A DNA stretch of 63,748 nucleotides, filler included, from Octopus bimaculoides (lineage: Eukaryota), in the NCBI RefSeq assembly GCF_001194135.2. It is 5 parts of 4 records of this genome, joined end to end, with 100 filler letters (N's around TTAATTAATTAA, not from the genome) between each part and the next. Parts side by side here need not be neighbours in the genome. Positions count along the whole stretch, not along the records: positions 14,683 to 26,896 come from NC_068983.1; positions 26,997 to 40,926 come from NC_068988.1; 3 more parts are not named here. One strand, 5' to 3'. How positions within the stretch are numbered: the first letter of the stretch is position 1; each line of letters starts with the position of its first letter. Position numbers and translations under genes: made by a program. The notes under the pieces are model-generated. The model saw only the letters and a list, made by a program, of their open reading frames with translations, was not told where the DNA came from and ran no database searches. Below are positions 24,471-37,600 of the stretch, piece by piece.

Positions 24471-24639
24471 NNNNNNNNNNNNNNNNNNNNNNNNNNNNNN
24501 NNNNNNNNNNNNNNNNNNNNNNNNNNNNNNNNNNNNNNNNNNNNNNNNNNNNNNNNNNNNNNNNNNNNNNNNNNNNNNNNNNNNNNNNNNNNNNNNNNNN
24601 NNNNNNNNNNNNNNNNNNNNNNNNNNNNGTGTGTGTGTA

Positions 24640-24991
24640 AATAGGCCCACAACTAATTTCCAAATTTGCTGAATCCGTTGCTCTACTCATAGCGACATAT
24701 AGCTGGTCGTGCGTGAACATGGGAGAGAGCAGAAGTTACCAGAGCAAAAATCCTAAGTGTTGACTGTAGACACGCTCTTTCGTAAACGATCAGCTATTAT
24801 TTTGTAAACAATGTTACGAAACTGTTCATGTTTTCGAAAGGAGAGATCTGACTCTCACATCTCTACGGGAGAAGATAGGCCTCTCTATTCCTCTCACAAA
24901 GCTTACGTCCGGGTGCCAAATTTACCTCAATTGATGGTATTACTCAGGTAATCCTAACTTAATCCCGAGCGAAGCCGGGCTATAGTGCTAG
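24640..24991 (+). mobile_element. Non-autonomous Helitron 3' end carrying an antisense helicase fragment
   Basis: Hairpin CCCGAGCGAAGCCGGG (24964-24979), then CTAG|T (24988-24992) on the plus strand. The minus strand at 24650-24725 encodes SPMFTHDQLYVAMSRATDSANLEI, a helicase motif. Confidence 0.65.
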
Positions 24992-26165
24992 TAAAATATA
25001 AAATACAAAATATCAGTAATTATTAAAATATAACATATAGCACTAGAAATTGGAATAATATCTTGTATTTATGTATATGTATGTATATGTAAACGTATGT
25101 ATACATGTGTGTATTTATATTTATAACTTAACCTTATGTACTTTCTAAAATCTCTGACGAAGCCTAGAGAAACTCTCAAGTACCTCAATTTCATCTACTA
25201 ATTACTTCAGTCCACTGGAGGGATAAAGGCAAATGAGGTATTTTTGCCTCTTGGATGAAACAGCTGTAAGATATTATGCCAATCTCTATTACTATATGTT
25301 ATATTTTAATAATTACTGATATTTTATATCTTATATATTATATATGTAAGTCATAATATGTCATATATGTATGTATATTGTTATAATTGTCCTTTTAGTA
25401 AATAAAGAAATTGACATAATATAATGTCTAAAAGTTGATGAATACCACCTACTGATCCCCTCCATTTTCTTATTGCTCTATAAATTAATGGTAAAATNNN
25501 NNNNNNNNNNNNNNNNNNNNNNNNNNNNNNNNNNNNNNNNNNNNNNNNNNNNNNNNNNNNNNNNNNNNNNNNNNNNNNNNNNNNNNNNNNNNNNNNNNNN
25601 NNNNNNNNNNNNNNNNNNNNNNNNNNNNNNNNNNNNNNNNNNNNNNNNNNNNNNNNNNNNNNNNNNNNNNNNNNNNNNNNNNNNNNNNNNNNNNNNNNNN
25701 NNNNNNNNNNNNNNNNNNNNNNNNNNNNNNNNNNNNNNNNNNNNNNNNNNNNNNNNNNNNNNNNNNNNNNNNNNNNNNNNNNNNNNNNNNNNNNNNNNNN
25801 NNNNNNNNNNNNNNNNNNNNNNNNNNNNNNNNNNNNNNNNNNNNNNNNNNNNNNNNNNNNNNNNNNNNNNNNNNNNNNNNNNNNNNNNNNNNNNNNNNNN
25901 NNNNNNNNNNNNNNNNNNNNNNNNNNNNNNNNNNNNNNNNNNNNNNNNNNNNNNNNNNNNNNNNNNNNNNNNNNNNNNNNNNNNNNNNNNNNNNNNNNNN
26001 NNNNNNNNNNNNNNNNNNNNNNNNNNNNNNNNNNNNNNNNNNNNNNNNNNNNNNNNNNNNNNNNNNNNNNNNNNNNNNNNNNNNNNNNNNNNNNNNNNNN
26101 NNNNNNNNNNNNNNNNNNNNNNNNNNNNNNNNNNNNNNNNNNNNNNNNNNNNNNNNNNNNNNNNN

Positions 26166-26236
<71 letters not shown>

Positions 26237-26896
26237 GAGAAAAATAGTGTGTGCGCATGTATGTGTGTGTATGTGCGCGCGCGCGCGCGTTATAATCTAT
26301 TGCTAATGTATTGTATCTTTTAGGAGAAAGGAAATTATATAATTGAAAAGGTTCCTTTCAATCTTGAATGACAAGAGCAAAGCACTACAACACTCGCCAA
26401 TTTAATACGTGAAAAAGATGTTAGTCCTAGATTAATTATATAGTAATAACTGTATATGTTTTAGGGGTTAATTTTATTGTTTGAATTGAACAATATAACC
26501 ACAGCTGTAGTTCAATCATTTACCATCCGTCTCTAGAATTTTCTATAAGACAACAATTGTTTGAAATTCATTTGAAATAACTTTTTTTTTCATCCTAGAC
26601 ACGATTGTTGAATCATTCTCTTAAATATATATATATCTAATTTCTAGTTGTTTATAACGAAGTATTTCCCTTTCTACTTGATGAAGAATATCACATTTCC
26701 TGCTAAGATAAAATACGCTGTTGTTGAAAGCTATGTAATTTCAAACATTTATTCAAGTATATAAATATGGTCCAGTGCTGTAATCTGTCAATTGTATCAT
26801 GACAATGTGAATTCAAATGTTCACGGAAAATTTCAATTCCGTTTTAAAACCTTATCATCATAGCAACCACAATCCCGCGCGCGTGTGTGTGTATGT

Positions 26897-26996
26897 NNNN
26901 NNNNNNNNNNNNNNNNNNNNNNNNNNNNNNNNNNNNNNNNTTAATTAATTAANNNNNNNNNNNNNNNNNNNNNNNNNNNNNNNNNNNNNNNNNNNN
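26897..26996. other. Artificial scaffold-join spacer
   Basis: 44N-TTAATTAATTAA-44N. Confidence 0.95.
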
Positions 26997-27055
<59 letters not shown>

Positions 27056-28819
27056 CACACAAGCATTCATATACTCAGACACACCATCACACGCAACCAC
27101 ACATTACCGCTCATACTATAGAAGCAACCTGACAATATACACACGAATACCTCTATAGTGACGGCCATTGAGAGAGAAAGCAATCTACATGCAGTCTGAT
27201 GTGATTAGAGAACACTGAAGATCCAACATTCTCTTCCCCGAATAATTTCCTTTAATTTAACAGACATATCTCTCTTTATCATGTTTATTCCATTTTCTAT
27301 TTTCCAACACTCACGTCACATCCTACCCTTTTCCTTTTTCCATTCTTTTTCCTCGTATTTTTATTTTGTTGTTCCATCTTCAAAAAGCATCGGTAAAATC
27401 ACTCTGGTTTCCCTATTTATTTAAAGTCTCGAATTTCTTCGGTATTGATTTTTATCTCCTTGCAATTCTAAATTTCTTTTCCTTCAGGAATGTTGTCAAC
27501 CTCTTTTCAGAAAATTCTATTTAATGTCGATATATCGTTGCATTGAGCCACGATTCTTGTTTAAAGTTTCCCTTTGAAACAGCGGATCTTAGTAAGATAG
27601 TTAAGATCATTGCTGTCAAAAGAGAAAAAGGAGATACATACAGACAGAGAGTTTCTGTGTGAGAGTGAAAGAAAGGCGAGGAGGAGAAAGTGGATAGACA
27701 GTGTAGGAGATGGGATGCGAAGGCTGAGGAGTAGATCATTGAGTAATAAAATTAAGACCGAGAAATTTCATTCTCTAAACAACTCATGAGAGAATGGCTA
27801 GAGGGGGCGGTACTGCAATAGATGATATCAAAACTACGAGAAAAAAGATAGAGAGGAAATGCATAGGCGTAGATGTATGTACAGACAGAAGTGTTCTTCT
27901 ACGTACGGACTTCATACATCAATCAATGAAACACATAGAAACGCACACATTCATACTCAAGAACGTATGAAGATAGGCTCTCACACACACATACATGCTT
28001 ACATACATATATAAAGATATATACGTTCGTACGTGCATACATGCATACACAAGTACATGAACATATATATGTGTATATGTGCAGAGAGATCTAGAAAGAG
28101 ATGGTAACTCTCTCATGCTTCCCTTTTTCCTTTTGATATCCATCTATGTAATCGTGTCACGGTGTATTTCACCTTCATTGATATAGACAGACTACAACTG
28201 CGCAAATGAAGGAAATTTGGTATACAGGAACGGTATATGCAATTGAGTTGCCTTCAATATACACGTACGGTGAATACTACATTCACTGCCGTTGCAAATA
28301 GATGCGCGGCTAAATAAACATCTGGTATAAGAGGTTGAAGCAATATTAAATTAAAGTAGTCATACATTTATTATAGATAATATGCATAGACAGTTGATTG
28401 GGTGTTTAACGTAGTATTCGTCCTAATACTCACATCTTCTTCAGACCTGCAGTGTTTAAAAGGCAATGAGTATCGGAGTGAGACGATAAAAGGACCAAAC
28501 AAGACTGAGAGAGCATACCAGATGCATTTCGCCAGCTGCATCTCTTTAATGAAGTATACTTGCAGCCAAATACTTGCTTGAAGGTGAATTCCTCGCCTCC
28601 GATATATGAGTCATTGAATACAATATTCACTGAGGTTGCGAATAGCTCCGCATTTCAACAAAAATCTGCTATGTGCAATTAAGGTAGAATGAAATTACAT
28701 TTGCCAACTACATGTTATACTTCCTGCACATAGAGCGTTGATAAACAAGTTGCTGCAGTACTCGTGCTAAGGTGACAGTGCATATCGGCAATGTGTACCT
28801 ACTGTATGCGTCATAATCG

Positions 28820-28820
28820 T

Positions 28821-28867
<47 letters not shown>

Positions 28868-29303
28868 GCTGCAGCAGCAGCATCTCTGCAGTCGTCGTCA
28901 TCATAATCATCACCAACATCAACAAAAAAATCATCGCTAATACGAACATTATCAGCAACAAAACCATCATCACTATCAATCCCCATCGTCGTCGTCGTCG
29001 TCCTCCTCCTCCTTGTCCTTCTTCTTCTTCTTCTTCTTCTTCTTCTTCTTCTTCTTCTTCTTCTTCTTCTTCTTCTTCTCTCTTCTTCTTCTTCTTCTGC
29101 TTCGTCTTCTTCTTCTTCTTCTTCTTCTTCTTCTTCTTCTTCTTCTTCTTCTTCTTCTTCTTCTTCTTCTTCTTCTTCTTCTTCTTCTTCTTCTTCTTCT
29201 TCTTCTTCTTCTTCTGCTCCTCGTTATCAACATCATCAACGTCATCATCATCATCGCTATGGTCATCACTGCAATTACCATCATTGTCATCATTATCCCC
29301 ATC

Positions 29304-29340
<37 letters not shown>

Positions 29341-29400
29341 TCATCATCATCATCATCATCATCATTATCATCATCATCACCATCATCAGCAGCAGCATTG
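28820..29400. repeat. Compound trinucleotide microsatellite block (CAT)n/(CGT)n/(CTT)n/(CAT)n
   Basis: Direct reading; the long (CTT)n run spans about 29018-29214. Confidence 0.95.
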
Positions 29401-30197
29401 ATCAATAATACAAATATCCATGTTTGCGTGTGCGTATGTGTGGGTGTGTCTTTGCGTATTCTTGTCTGTGTATATATGTGGTAACAAACTACGCTAGCTC
29501 CGTCCGACAAGTAAAGAGTGCTATAACCACATACAATGAATTAGGACACATGTGCGTCTTTGTTGACAGCTATTTCAATTCAAATAGTTTCGAATAACGA
29601 ACAATGATGTTGCATATCTTTTTTAACCGTTTTCTTACATTTGTTTGCTTCATTGTTAGCATTTAATGTTGTTTTACTTCTATATACATTTCTTTATTTA
29701 TATATATTTACTTATTTATTTTCTACTTATGACCCATAGCCTAAAATTCTTCAATTACAATGAAGAACTTGAAAATTATTAATATTTTCAAAAGATAATA
29801 TCATAAAACAAGACGCAGAAAACATTTTCATTGTGTTTTTACAGAATTAAAGTCGTTCGCAAAATGACTACAGAATATGAAATACCATGCGACATAAGAA
29901 TGCATTGAGAGAATTTGATCAAAATGTAAGAGTAATTTATTTCAGAAATACCTACATAGATGTAAACATATGTATTTAATTTCGGAGTGAAATGAAATTC
30001 TTGTTAAAAATATCTTCTTGAAATTTTCGTTTACTTTTCCTCTTTCGTTGATATTAGAAGGAAGAACATGGAGAAAATATAGGGTAAATTTGGTGAGAAA
30101 TGAAGTATGTGAGTACATATACATACATACATACATACACATATATGTATATATATATACATACATACATGTACGCACACATACATCTATGTATATA

Positions 30198-30231
<34 letters not shown>

Positions 30232-30324
30232 CGTATATATATATATATAAACACATACATATATACGTATATATATATATTAACACACACATATACATGT
30301 ACATATATATATTCATTTATAATA

Positions 30325-30355
<31 letters not shown>

Positions 30356-32563
30356 TTATTATTATTATTTTTATAAAGCTAGACAGTCAAGACGAAGAGA
30401 GAGATTCGATTGTAAGATATTTTATTAGTTGAAGGATATTTCAACAGTACGTCTGTCTTTGTCAAGTTCGAAATATGAAGTGATAAAAATTCAAAATTGC
30501 AGAAATTTAAACGTAAAGTATGAACGAGTGCAACCAGCGTCCACACGTTGATGGAATGACATGATCAGTTTTTAACTCGGAACGTGATGAGTCGTAATAC
30601 AGAGTGCGAAGTGCTGTATCGGACAGTCTAACGACTCTACCGATAGTCTAACTTCAAATGACAGTTGCCTGCTATTTATAGCATGTCAAGTGACAGTGTT
30701 GATGCTCCTTGCCCCATCTCTGGATGGACTTTCCCATATTATTCACGTCGCAGACGGTTGGTTCTGATGCTTCATGTTAAAACTACGAAAGAGAAAGCAG
30801 CACAGCTGAATGTTTTAGAAACTACATACGCAATCTCAGGTTCAATTTCATTATGTCGCTTCTGAAGAATATGAAATTTGTTACTGCTTAAATCCAATCA
30901 AATCTTTGTAAGTGAAATTGATGAGAAGGAAGCTATACGGAAGGGCGTTGGACGGATTTTTACCTGTAATTGAAATTGAATGTATTCTTACACACAGTGT
31001 CCACTGTATCTGAAAATTAATTTACCTGTACACCCAACTCTGGAATACTCACCCACTTTTATGCTAATGTAATGAGCATTAAATTCAGTTGATCAAACAA
31101 CTGAAACCTTATCGTCCAAACTAGTTAAAATCCATTTATTTCAATTATATATGTGAAGTCCTTAGCGCAGACACGAACTTTTGAAAAAAAAAATCAATTC
31201 CTTTAATACGCACACTATTACAGAAATTGTCAGTCGATAATATATTTACAAAATCACGAAAGATTTGCCATTATATTGCTTCGAGATATAATGTGACACA
31301 CAGCAATCCAACTGATACGTTCGTTTATTCTTTTCTTCTGTTCTTTTAGTTAGGAGAAATTGGTCGAACTGGTGCGTTGTCTTGAAAAGTTTAGTCTATC
31401 AAATTGAGTGACACGCATACACATTCACACATCAACTCACACACACAGAAACCTGTGTACGTACGTACACACACATTTCAGACTTCTGTTGAGTTCCGTC
31501 TACCAAATCTTCTCTGAAAATATCGGTCGTTTAGAGGTTGAAGTAGCAGTGAAACGCCCCCCAAGCTACTATGCAGTGAAACTAAGCTGCAAAAATGCAT
31601 TTGAGAAGTGAAATCGTTAACCGTACAGCCGTAACTGTTAACGAGTCACACACAGTAGACTAGTGTCTGATGCAAAGGTATCACTCTCTCCTCTTTGACT
31701 TAAGATTCAAATTAAGTAAGAATAAATTATACTCGTGACATTCGGTTAAACAAAATTAAAATTTTAAACTTTTGAACTATGCTCGAAAACATCATTTTTT
31801 ATTAATTAATATATCTAAAATGAATTAATTAAAATCTCATAAAAATGAACATTATGAAACACAATAACTGACTTCTATTCTTTTGTAGCACAGCATGTCT
31901 ACATTTGGCTAATGTTTTGCATAAAAATCTTCTATTGTAATCAATACAGAAGGTCAGTTACATTTGCGAATTTGAAATACTGACCTGTCGTTAGCAGCAT
32001 TAAACGAATGAAATTTCTGCGATTGAGCTTTTAACAACAAATTAAATTACGTGATGTCATTAAGCAATTAATTTTGTTTTAAATAAATGAGGCAATTTTT
32101 CAAACTAATTATTTTTATTTTAGATATTTTATGACTTTCTTCTATAAATGTTAAAAATTTCAGCGAACAAACAAGAAAACATACTTCAGGAGAAACACAC
32201 ATACAAACACATAACTCGGATATTAAACATTCGTGGCAGCGACATGATGAAGGAAATTGACTAGAAAAATAAATAAATATGGTTACTGTGGAAAACGTAT
32301 TCCTAGATAGAGAAAACAAATTTATACTGGCGCTTCCTTATTGTGACATAAATATATATATATAAAGGCACAACACACACATACAGGCATAAACAAATAT
32401 GCACACACACATACCACAAGCACACGAACCCATTTACACACAGCACACACAGAGACACACATAAATACATATGTATATATATATGAATATATGTACATAT
32501 ATACATACATGCATATATATATGTACATATATACATATGTATATATATGCATGGCATGTAGTA

Positions 32564-32595
<32 letters not shown>

Positions 32596-33633
32596 NNNNN
32601 NNNNNNNNNNNNNNNNNNNNNNNNNNNNNNNNNNNNNNNNNNNNNNNNNNNNNNNNNNNNNNNNNNNNNNNNNNNNNNNNNNNNNNNNNNNNNNNNNNNN
32701 NNNNNNNNNNNNNNNNNNNNNNNNNNNNNNNNNNNNNNNNNNNNNNNNNNNNNNNNNNNNNNNNNNNNNNNNNNNNNNNNNNNNNNNNNNNNNNNNNNNN
32801 NNNNNNNNNNNNNNNNNNNNNNNNNNNNNNNNNNNNNNNNNNNNNNNNNNNNNNNNNNNNNNNNNNNNNNNNNNNNNNNNNNNNNNNNNNNNNNNNNNNN
32901 NNNNNNNNNNNNNNNNNNNNNNNNNNNNNNNNNNNNNNNNNNNNNNNNNNNNNNNNNNNNNNNNNNNNNNNNNNNNNNNNNNNNNNNNNNNNNNATATAT
33001 ATATATATATATATATATAAATGTATGTGTGTAGCATGATGCATGCATATATTCAATTCAGAATATTTTTGCGTAAAAAGACTCAGTCAGGAAAGAGCCT
33101 CGTCACTATTATTTGCAATAAAATATTTAGTTGTACTGACTGTGGTAGGCAAGTATACACATACATTTAAACATGGAACATCACGTACACATCCAGATGG
33201 GTACATAAATATTGTATACATACAGCTATATCTATCTATCTGTCTATCAATTTATCTATCTATCTATCTATCTATTTATGTAGGCATGTGTATGTTTTTG
33301 TGTGAGTATGTGCGTACGTGCGTGTACATATGTGTGTGTTCGTGTGTGTGTACATGTGTTTAAGTCCTCCTTTGTGCGCGCATGGAGATATAAATTATTT
33401 TCGAAAGCCAGCATGTGCAACTACATCAGTGAGTGTGGAAATTCACCGGATTCCTATATCCACACACATACAAAACCCACATGCCTCTTTACACATTGCA
33501 TAAACAAAAATAAAAATACGAAACATAATAGACACAAATTAAAAGCAAACACGCAAGATATTTCATACGCCAATTCGTATACATAACACACTCATATACA
33601 TGGATGCGTGCGTAAGTATATATATACGATTTC

Positions 33634-33670
<37 letters not shown>

Positions 33671-34589
33671 ACACNNNNNNNNNNNNNNNNNNNNNNNNNN
33701 NNNNNNNNNNNNNNNNNNNNNNNNNNNNNNNNNNNNNNNNNNNNNNNNNNNNNNNNNNNNNNNNNNNNNNNNNNATATATATATATGTATATGCATGTAT
33801 ATGTATGCATAGAGAATAGTAATTTAATAACCTTCCCTACAAAAACTAACATGAAATTTGCTTTTCAAAATGTTAATTAAATTTCCAGCTAAAACAATAT
33901 ATATTCTAAAGATATTCTACGTTTAATTCGAAAGTCTTAATGAATTAAAGCAGAGATTTAACTTCACGCACAAGACAATATCATTAAAATACTCAAGTCT
34001 ATTAATTTCTAGAATTTCGCTTTCTATTTTCTTCAGGATGTATTTTTTTTTGCATTTTGCCTTAAATTATTGTTATATGTATTGGTTTTAGCTTTTTGCG
34101 TATATGTTTGTCGTTGTTCTTGTTCATTTATTGTTTCGCTGTGCATATTTAATTTATAGAATTGTTGTTGATGTCGAAGTTGTTCCTGTTTAGAATTGCT
34201 ATTTGGCGTACGGGGTTTACGTTGAGGATGTTTTTTATTTTTCCTGTGGTGAATGTTTCTATTGCAGCTGTACTTCCTGACCGACTTGTTGTGAGAAAAA
34301 TTTTGACAATAGTTACATCGATGGTTTTCTCATATATTTTCCTAAAGCTTTAGGTGCTGGTATGGTTTCGTTGTTAAAACGTGTTTTGCAGCCTTCTACT
34401 TTAATTTTCCGTCTCAATGCGCAAAACCTTGTGTAAGAATCTTCTAGCATAGCCCCGGGCCGAATAATGCATTGTCAGTGAACTAGTAGACGGCAGCTGT
34501 GTGGAACCCGCCGTCTGATTCTCTCTTCCTTTGTGTCTCTTTCACTCTATATGTATGTTTGAATGTATGTATATATGTTTGCATGTACA

Positions 34590-34669
<80 letters not shown>

Positions 34670-37600
34670 CCTGATGTGAGGTAAGAAGCTTGGTTTCCAA
34701 ATACAAGTTTCCGGTGTTTTTCCAGGTGTTTCCTACTAAAGCCTCGGGTTGACCAAATTCTTGTGAGTGGATTTGGTAGGCAGNNNNNNNNNNNNNNNNN
34801 NNNNNNNNNNNNNNNNNNNNNNNNNNNNNNNNNNNNNNNNNNNNNNNNNNNNNNNNNNNNNNNNNNNNNNNNNNNNNNNNNNNNNNNNNNNNNNNNNNNN
34901 NNNNNNNNNNNNNNNNNNNNNNNNNNNNNNNNNNNNNNNNNNNNNNNNNNNNNNNNNNNNNNNNNNNNNNNNNNNNNNNNNNNNNNNNNNNNNNNNNNNN
35001 NNNNNNNNNNNNNNNNNNNNNNNNNNNNNNNNNNNNNNNNNNNNNNNNNNNNNNNNNNNNNNNNNNNNNNNNNNNNNNNNNNNNNNNNNNNNNNNNNNNN
35101 NNNNNNNNNNNNNNNNNNNNNNNNNNNNNNNNNNNNNNNNNNNNNNNNNNNNNNNNNNNNNNNNNNNNNNNNNNNNNNNNNNNNNNNNNNNNNNNNNNNN
35201 NNNNNNNNNNNNNNNNNNNNNNNNNNNNNNNNNNNNNNNNNNNNNNNNNNNNNNNNNNNNNNNNNNNNNNNNNNNNNNNNNNNNNNNNNNNNNNNNNNNN
35301 NNNNNNNNNNNNNNNNNNNNNNNNNNNNNNNNNNNNNNNNNNNNNNNNNNNNNNNNNNNNNNNNNNNNNNNNNNNNNNNNNNNNNNNNNNNNNNNNNNNN
35401 NNNNNNNNNNNNNNNNNNNNNNNNNNNNNNNNNNNNNNNNNNNNNNNNNNNNNNNNNNNNNNNNNNNNNNNNNNNNNNNNNNNNNNNNNNNNNNNNNNNN
35501 NNNNNNNNNNNNNNNNNNNNNNNNNNNNNNNNNNNNNNNNNNNNNNGTGAGAGTAACTAATTTTAAATTCTAAGGCAAATGTAGATTTCTCGACAACTAT
35601 TGAAAATGTTGCAAGACGCAACGAAAATTTTAGAAAAATAAATAAGTAATTTAGTGGAAATTTTACCGGTGAGTGTGTTAAATTATAAGGCACTAAAAGA
35701 GAATGACACTTCCTAGACACAATAGAATATTCATACATTCATATTTATCTATCTATCTATCTATCTATCTCTCTTTATACACACACAGACACGCACACAC
35801 AAACACATGTATATGTTCATATATATGAATGTTTGTGTGTGTGTGTGTGTTGGGGGTGTGTATGTGCGTGTGGTATGTGTGTATATGTGTGTGCTGATGG
35901 TGAATATGTCAATATGGAATTTGCCACACTAAAATATCTGTGTTATGACGTATGCTTAACGCGTTTTATTACATCACAATTTTACATCTTATTGCCAATA
36001 TTTCATTATATTTTACGAGACTAAAGAGCAAAGTAAATTACAAAAGATACTGAAATGTATATGACAAAGATAACACTAAATTTATTAGCACTTATGATAT
36101 TTGAAATAAACTCAATTACCTAACTATTATCTTCAAAATTACTTGTGAAATTTCTATTAGATTAGATGTTCACCAACATAGAAATCTCCGTGCAAAAATG
36201 ATATCATTACGCCTAAACTCCTTGAAGACTTTCGTAAAGTAACAAACGTAAATATTACAAATAAGTAAATATATAAAGCACATTTTCGTATGCAGAAAAA
36301 CTATCGAAGTACAGAGCTAATTTCAATGTCACAGTACGATATTTGAGGTGAACTGTATACTCAGTTTGTTTCAAGTGCATACTGTTCGCAGCGAAATGTT
36401 ATCAATATTGTAATCACAGATTTACAATAATGCGGCAGTATTTTGTTTCGCATAATATTTTGTATAATAGCTAGAAAGGTTGAGAACGCACGCACAGATA
36501 ATGTATAGTATTCTACAAAATCCACGTCCTCATTCCCGTTACTGTATATTTTGACACGCTGTAGGTGAAGCATGTAGATAGTATTTGACGACATAAAGGA
36601 TTTCAGGGATTAAGAATTATGTTAAGGTAAGGATGTGACTTGGGGATGGTGGCATATGTGGTTTGGAAAAATTGATATGTATAGGGGAGACAGAAAAGAA
36701 TGATCCTAATGGATCAGTTAAGTTAGTTTGCAGTGCAGGGAGGTCATTCAAAAGAGTAGGCAACGTTGTTGTTACATCGAAGTCGAAGGATGTTTTTATA
36801 AAATAAAGGAGTAATACTGCTTTATCTTATTTCAACATACTTCACTAACTATGAATACAGGACACAGTAGTGGTGTACTGTGGAATGGTTTTTGTATGAT
36901 GAGGTTTCAAATAATGCGTGTATGTCTTAGGTTTGATTACTTGGCTGGCTGGTGAGTTGAGATCTTTGGAAGCATGCATCATTAAACATATGTCATTTGT
37001 TATTTGTTCCGTATCTTTGGGTTCTGATTTGAAATCTCGCCCTGGTCGACTTGAGTGATGAACTGAACAATTCTCCCAACTTCACAATAACATTGAGCGA
37101 AATGGCTCTCTCTATATTAGAAAAAAACCACACTGTAGTGTTGCAAACATGCTGGGCAACTCCTTGGTTTCAGACCACCTTTTTTTTTTACCCCTCCCAC
37201 TAGTATTTTATGGACCATATCCTTTTATCATTATACAAAAAGTTGATAGAAGGTTAAGTGAAAATTCACTTATTGTTACATAGGTTTGCGGTTCCAAAGA
37301 ATTTGTCCTGTTAACAAAAACAACAAAAACAACAAAAAAAATGCTAAAAAGAAATGAAAGATTGCAGTGATGTTAGAGGAATTATTATTACATATTTTGC
37401 AGACATTATGGCGATTTCAAGCATGTTTTAGTGTTATCGCAACTTAGGTGAAACGTTGTAATTCACATCTTTACTAAATCAATAAAGAGAATCGAAAATA
37501 TGCATATACAAATATCCTCTTATATTTGTAGGAAAGATCTGCTTAACTTCGCTCGAACAGACCAATGTCTGTGACTTAATCTGGATAAATTTATCGTAAA

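Noticed and set aside
28767-29510. 247-aa D/K/E-rich ORF and overlapping homopolymeric ORFs
   Set aside because: Translation of trinucleotide microsatellites.
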